Of a stretch of 64,000 nucleotides of DNA, positions 58,242-64,000 are shown piece by piece. Made by a program: the position numbers and the translations under genes. Origin of the DNA: Clostridia bacterium (lineage in GTDB: Bacteria > Bacillota > Clostridia > TANB77 > CAG-465); assembly GCA_045536565.1 (NCBI GenBank), contig JAZSNU010000013.1, positions 32,001 through 96,000 on the forward strand. Direction: 5' to 3'. The notes under the pieces are model-generated. The model saw nothing but the letters and a program-made list of their open reading frames with translations. It was not told where the DNA came from and made no database searches. Every line of letters begins with the position of its first letter. Within the stretch, counting starts at the first letter, position 1.

Positions 58242-58263
58242 TTTAGATAAGTTTTAGATAAGT
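58242..58263 (+). repeat. Tandem 11-bp repeat TTTAGATAAGT x2
   Basis: Near-identical pair recurs at 59018-59040. Confidence 0.75.
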
Positions 58264-58347
58264 TTTTTGGAGCAAAGTATATGAATTTTGCTCCTTTTAT
58301 TATATAATAATGAAGAAACAAATAGTAAGTTGTAGGGAGAATAGAAT

Positions 58348-58986
58348 ATGCAAAATTTAATTAATAAAACGATTGAATATGTAAAAAAGTTTTTTGAAAA
58401 GGATTATAGTGGACATGATTTTTATCATACATTAAGAGTATATAATCTGGCTAAAAGTATTGCCGAATCTGAAAAATGTGATATAGAACTAGTTTGTCTA
58501 GGAGCCTTATTACATGACGTGGATGATTACAAATTAATAGGAGAAGAAAAGGAACCATTTAATAATCTGAAAAACTTTTTAAAAAACCAGAATTATTCTA
58601 ATGAAAGAATAGAACAAATATGTCACATTGTTTCTCAAGTCTCATTTAAAGGGAAAAATATTATACCAGATACGATAGAAGGAAAAATTGTACAAGATGC
58701 AGATAGATTAGACGCAATAGGAGCAATTGGTATTGCTAGAACATTTTCATATGGTGGAAGTTGTAACAGACCTATGCATATTCCTAATGAAAATTATAAA
58801 GAAAATATGTCTTCTAAAGAATATTATAAAAATCTTGGTACAAGTATAAATCATTTTTATGAAAAATTATTAAAATTAAAAGATTTTATGAATACAGAAA
58901 CAGCTAAAAATATGGCAATTCATAGGCATGAATACATGCAAGAGTTCTTGCAGGAATTTTATGATGAATGGGAAGGAAAAATTTAA
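58348..58986 (+). CDS. HD-domain phosphohydrolase
   Basis: GHDF.H..RV, LLHDVDD, IVQDADRLDAIGAIGIAR, HFYEKLL. Confidence 0.92.
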   Translation: MQNLINKTIEYVKKFFEKDYSGHDFYHTLRVYNLAKSIAESEKCDIELVCLGALLHDVDDYKLIGEEKEPFNNLKNFLKNQNYSNERIEQICHIVSQVSFKGKNIIPDTIEGKIVQDADRLDAIGAIGIARTFSYGGSCNRPMHIPNENYKENMSSKEYYKNLGTSINHFYEKLLKLKDFMNTETAKNMAIHRHEYMQEFLQEFYDEWEGKI

Positions 58987-59017
58987 AACAGCGACAAATT
59001 ACAATTTATAGGTTATA

Positions 59018-59040
59018 TTTAGATAAGTTTTTAGATAATT
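59018..59040 (+). repeat. Paired TTTAGATAA repeat
   Basis: TTTAGATAAGT-T-TTTAGATAATT. Confidence 0.7.
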
Positions 59041-59376
59041 GATTAATACAAAAAAATAAAAAAGTGAATATTATTACCATAAATATGAAAATTGTTGCTA
59101 AAAAAGTGAAAAAACTTCCAATGTGGTTCGGGAAAAAAATATAAGCAATGCTGTGGAAAGTAAAATAAAGCCCATAAAATAAGGGCTTTTCTAATACAAA
59201 AATTTAGAAGATATAAATTAAATACGATTTTGGATACGTTCTACATGTATCTAATTTGTATCTAAAATGAAAATAATGTACTAAAAACACTGAAAAATAA
59301 AGCATTTTTGAGAAAAGTGACCAATGTCCCGTGCGTAGTAGGCATTTTGTGATATAATTGATAAGAAGGTGATAAT

Positions 59377-60186
59377 ATGTCAAGAAAAATAGTAGCAATA
59401 GGTGGAGGAAAAAATGGAAGATTATGTTCTGATGGAACATATGATCCTTATGAAACAGGTCCAATGGACCAAGAAATTATAAGATTAACAGGTAAAGAAC
59501 AACCACATTTTCTATTTATCGGACATTCCGTTCCATTAGAAGGACAAGAGTTTTATTTCAATACTATGAGAAATATTTATGAGAAAATGTATGGCTGTGA
59601 ATGTAGAGATATTAAAAGTAGTGAATTAAATGATTTAGACGAAGTACAAAAGAAAGTTGACTGGGCAGATATCATATATGAGGGTGGAGGCAATACGCTG
59701 GATATGATAAAATTGTGGAAAGAAACAGGTTTTGACAAAATTTTAAGAACTGCTTGGGAAAACGGTAAAGTAATGTGCGGGGTATCCGCAGGAGCAAATT
59801 GTTGGTTTAAAGAATGCTCAAGTGATTCTTTACAAATTAAATATGGACCAGACCAACCATTAATTGCTATGGATTGTTTAGGTTTTATAGATGGATTATT
59901 TGTTCCTCATTGTGATGCTCCAGGAAGATATGAATCAGTTAAAGAATTATTAAAGACAAGAGATACATTTAGTTTATCGATGTCAAACTGTACTGCATTA
60001 GAAATTATTGATGATGAATATAGATTGATAACAAGTGATTCTTCAGATTATGGAATCGAGGCATATGGATTAAAAACATATTGGAATGATGGGGAATATA
60101 TTGAAGAGCGAATAGAAGTTACAAAAGAATTTAGAAGTTTACCAGATTTATTGTCAAAATCTGCAATTAAAAAAGTCTCAAAATAA
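59377..60186 (+). CDS. Peptidase E (S51) / class I glutamine amidotransferase-like protein
   Basis: IVAIGGG, ADIIYEGGGNT, nucleophile GVSAGA, FVPHCD. Confidence 0.88.
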   Translation: MSRKIVAIGGGKNGRLCSDGTYDPYETGPMDQEIIRLTGKEQPHFLFIGHSVPLEGQEFYFNTMRNIYEKMYGCECRDIKSSELNDLDEVQKKVDWADIIYEGGGNTLDMIKLWKETGFDKILRTAWENGKVMCGVSAGANCWFKECSSDSLQIKYGPDQPLIAMDCLGFIDGLFVPHCDAPGRYESVKELLKTRDTFSLSMSNCTALEIIDDEYRLITSDSSDYGIEAYGLKTYWNDGEYIEERIEVTKEFRSLPDLLSKSAIKKVSK

Positions 60187-60374
60187 AGTTTTTCACCTAT
60201 AAATTAGATACAAATTTAAATACATTCTGCTAGCAAAACAAAGTGTATTGTAGTGAAAATCAGTGCAAAAATGTGCGATTATAAGCATAAAAATGCAGTA
60301 AAGTGTAGTAGAATGAGGCAAACTGCAAGTCCATGTGGCAGTGCTAAAAAATATAAATTATGTTTTAATAATAC

Positions 60375-60410
60375 AAAAAATTTCACCTATATAACGGGTG
60401 AAATTTTTTT
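60375..60410. terminator. Terminator after bofA
   Basis: AAAAAATTTCACC-tatataacg-GGTGAAATTTTTT. Confidence 0.65.
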
Positions 60411-60413
60411 ACA

Positions 60414-60665
60414 TTATAATATAAATTGTAATATTGCAAGTATTACTACACCTGGTATTCCAAGAAGTCCAACAACGAGTGCTGATACCCAGTTTATCGG
60501 AATATTAAAGTCAAAATAGCCACCTATGTAATTTACTATAAATAGTAACACTGCACCTATACCTATGTTTATTAATATTTTAATTATTTTTTTGATTGGC
60601 CAAGCAAGTATTTTTAATATTATAAACACTGCAACTACTGCACCTATAAAAACTAAATATTGCAT
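60414..60665 (-). CDS. bofA: Pro-sigma-K processing inhibitor BofA
   Basis: 83 aa; N..IG..LL..VN.IG....F.IPIN......G.LGIPGV..L. Confidence 0.88.
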   Translation of the reverse strand: MQYLVFIGAVVAVFIILKILAWPIKKIIKILINIGIGAVLLFIVNYIGGYFDFNIPINWVSALVVGLLGIPGVVILAILQFIL

Positions 60666-60812
60666 ATTCTACCTCCTAATTTTTACTAATAAATTACTGT
60701 ATATATATACATTATATACTTGTCTTTATATTTTATTCCTTTTGTATCATTTTTTATTATATCACATATAATGTAATGTACAATATCTTAATACACAATT
60801 TTAATTAAAGGA

Positions 60813-61151
60813 GTGATCATTATGAGAAGAGATTTTACTCTTGAAAATGGTATCTACTGTAAAGGATTAAAAAATGACTTTAAACTATATTTTGATACAC
60901 TTGAACTAACTCCAAGTTGCACAAAAATAACATATATACCTAATACTTTATTAGTATATAAATCCGGAAAGAAAGTATATATATGCGAACCTAAGATTTC
61001 ATATGCAAGTGGAGAACCAAAATTAAAGGAAATAATGAAGTTTGAAGGAATAATGACAAATGGTTATGCACTAATCTATTTGCACGGAAAAACATATATT
61101 GTAGACTATAATCTTCAAATATGCAGATGTAATCCCAAAAAGTCATTTTAA
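60813..61151 (+). CDS. Hypothetical protein
   Basis: AAGGAG RBS; 109-112 aa; followed by a hairpin at ~61157-61192. Confidence 0.55.
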   Translation: MIIMRRDFTLENGIYCKGLKNDFKLYFDTLELTPSCTKITYIPNTLLVYKSGKKVYICEPKISYASGEPKLKEIMKFEGIMTNGYALIYLHGKTYIVDYNLQICRCNPKKSF

Positions 61152-61190
61152 TCCAAAGAAAAATCACATGATAACTCATGTGATTTTTTC

Positions 61191-62471
<1,281 letters not shown>

Positions 62472-62478
62472 CTAACTT

Positions 62479-63519
62479 TTATTTTTCATTAAAATAGTCT
62501 GTTCTCATTGAATATCTCACTTTTTCCATAGTTTCTTTTGTTATTTTTCTTGCTTTTTCAGTACCTTTTCTTAATATTTCTTTTACAATTTCAGGATGCT
62601 CTTCGTAATATTTTCTTCTTTCTTTTATAGGTTTTAAGTATTTTATTATATTGTCTGCTAGTTCTTTTTTACAAGCAACACATCCTCTTTCACCTTTTCT
62701 ACATTCAGAACATATTGTTTCTAAATTGTCCTCACTGAATAATTTGTGATAATATCCTATCATGCATACATCTGGATTAGCAGGATCGTCTTTACGGATT
62801 TTAGAAGTATCTGTTATTGCTCCTCTAACCTTTTCTCTAATTGTATCCTCATCATCTGCTAAATATATTGCATTACCCAAACTTTTACCCATTTTTGTTC
62901 CGCCATCTAATCCTTTAATTCTTTTGTGCTCACTTAGTAGATATTCTGGCTCCTTCATAGTTTCGCCATATAGCGAATTAAATTTTCTTACTATTTCCTT
63001 AGTTTGTTCAATTAATGGAAGTTGATCTTCACCAACCGGTACTAAATCTGCATTAAATGCAGTTATATCTGCTGCCTGACTTACTGGATATCCTAAAAAA
63101 CCATAAGTTACAGATTCACCACTATTTCCAAACAATTCTTTTTTCTGAGCTATTTCTGTCTTTATTGTAGGATTTCTTTGAAGTCTAGAAACAGTAACAA
63201 GATTTGAATAGAAAACTGTAAGTTCTGCTATCTCTGGTACCATTGATTGAACAACAAATGTACATTTTTCTGGATCAAGTCCAGCTGCTAAATTATCCAT
63301 AGTTGTTTCTAATATATTTTCTCTTATCTTTTCTGGATTATTAAAATTATCTGTTAAAGCTTGCACATCTGCAACTAATATATATGTTTCATATTCATCT
63401 TGTAATTTTACTCTATTTTGAAGCGACCCAAAGTAATGACCAATATGTAATTTCCCTGTTGGTCTGTCACCTGTTAAAATTCTCTTTTTATTTTTTTCTA
63501 ATTCTTTCATTTTATTCAT
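62479..63519 (-). CDS. trpS: Tryptophanyl-tRNA synthetase
   Basis: TGDRPTGKLHIGH, YPVSQAADI, VPVGEDQ, KMGKS. Confidence 0.97.
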   Translation of the reverse strand: MNKMKELEKNKKRILTGDRPTGKLHIGHYFGSLQNRVKLQDEYETYILVADVQALTDNFNNPEKIRENILETTMDNLAAGLDPEKCTFVVQSMVPEIAELTVFYSNLVTVSRLQRNPTIKTEIAQKKELFGNSGESVTYGFLGYPVSQAADITAFNADLVPVGEDQLPLIEQTKEIVRKFNSLYGETMKEPEYLLSEHKRIKGLDGGTKMGKSLGNAIYLADDEDTIREKVRGAITDTSKIRKDDPANPDVCMIGYYHKLFSEDNLETICSECRKGERGCVACKKELADNIIKYLKPIKERRKYYEEHPEIVKEILRKGTEKARKITKETMEKVRYSMRTDYFNEK

Positions 63520-63813
63520 CTCCTATTTAATATATATTTATTCTAAATTTATATATTTAATTTTGCCAACATAAAACTATATCATAGAAGATTTTTAATC
63601 TACTTATTTCTTGTATTGTCATACTATCTCTCCATTATATATACTATATTAAAATTATACCTTTTTTTACATAAATATTCAATAGTTAATTTTAAAAGAT
63701 ACTACAAAATATTGTATTTTATCCTATTCCATGTTATACTAATCAAAATTTATATTTTACTTTTTGATATTATATATATCATATCATTTAATTAAATGAA
63801 AGGGCGTGTTTTT

Positions 63814-64000
63814 ATGAATTGGTTAGTTGGTCTAGGAGTAGCACTATATGCTTTATCTGGTTATCTTTGTTTCATTTCTATGTGGGATAAAGGAATAACA
63901 CAAAAAACAAGCGACACTTTGGCTAATGTTGCTTTCACACTATATATAACAGCATCTGTGCTAATAGCAATAAATTGTATTTTCTTTTATTGGCTTGATT
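63814..64000 (+). CDS. Hypothetical membrane protein, 5' part (runs off window)
   Basis: Manual translation MNWLVGLGVALYALSGYLCFISMWDKGITQKTSDTLANVAFTLYITASVLIAINCIFFYWLD, open to the window end. Confidence 0.5.
   Translation, partial: MNWLVGLGVALYALSGYLCFISMWDKGITQKTSDTLANVAFTLYITASVLIAINCIFFYWLD

Noticed and set aside
60253-60519. 88-aa plus-strand ORF
   Set aside because: No RBS, reads through a terminator and into antisense bofA; only the SEC-C relic is retained as a finding.
63520-63810. T-box riboswitch upstream of trpS
   Set aside because: No GGTGGxACC T-box sequence or terminator/antiterminator on the minus strand.

Overview
AT-rich chromosomal window from a spore-forming, low-GC Firmicute (Clostridia-like gene content; taxonomy is inference). 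Most genes lie on the minus strand. Housekeeping and sporulation genes include partial eda, a CDF transporter, topA, glyA, nrdDG, tRNA-Lys(CTT), secA, ytvI, a DacF-like carboxypeptidase, a GerA-type operon, gerW/ytfI, scpA, purine nucleoside phosphorylase, recX/recA, bofA, obgE and trpS. They are interspersed with orphan genes and decayed RhuM/Fic/DinD genes. The main accessory feature is a ~24 kb Tad/type IV-like pilus locus (20973-45155). It encodes a SAF/RcpC-like protein, two ParA/MinD-like proteins, a TadA-like ATPase, a fused TadB/C-like platform, eight pilin-like proteins without a recognisable leader, an SLH-like membrane protein and a 1710-aa secreted protein. The strongest novel signal lies inside it. 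Two paralogous major pilin-like genes face each other around an ISL3 element and share a perfect 82-bp inverted repeat over their 5' ends, plus a conserved multi-hairpin leader. This architecture fits an invertible pilin-switching cassette, but inversion is inferred, not shown. All family assignments come from motif recognition, not database searches.
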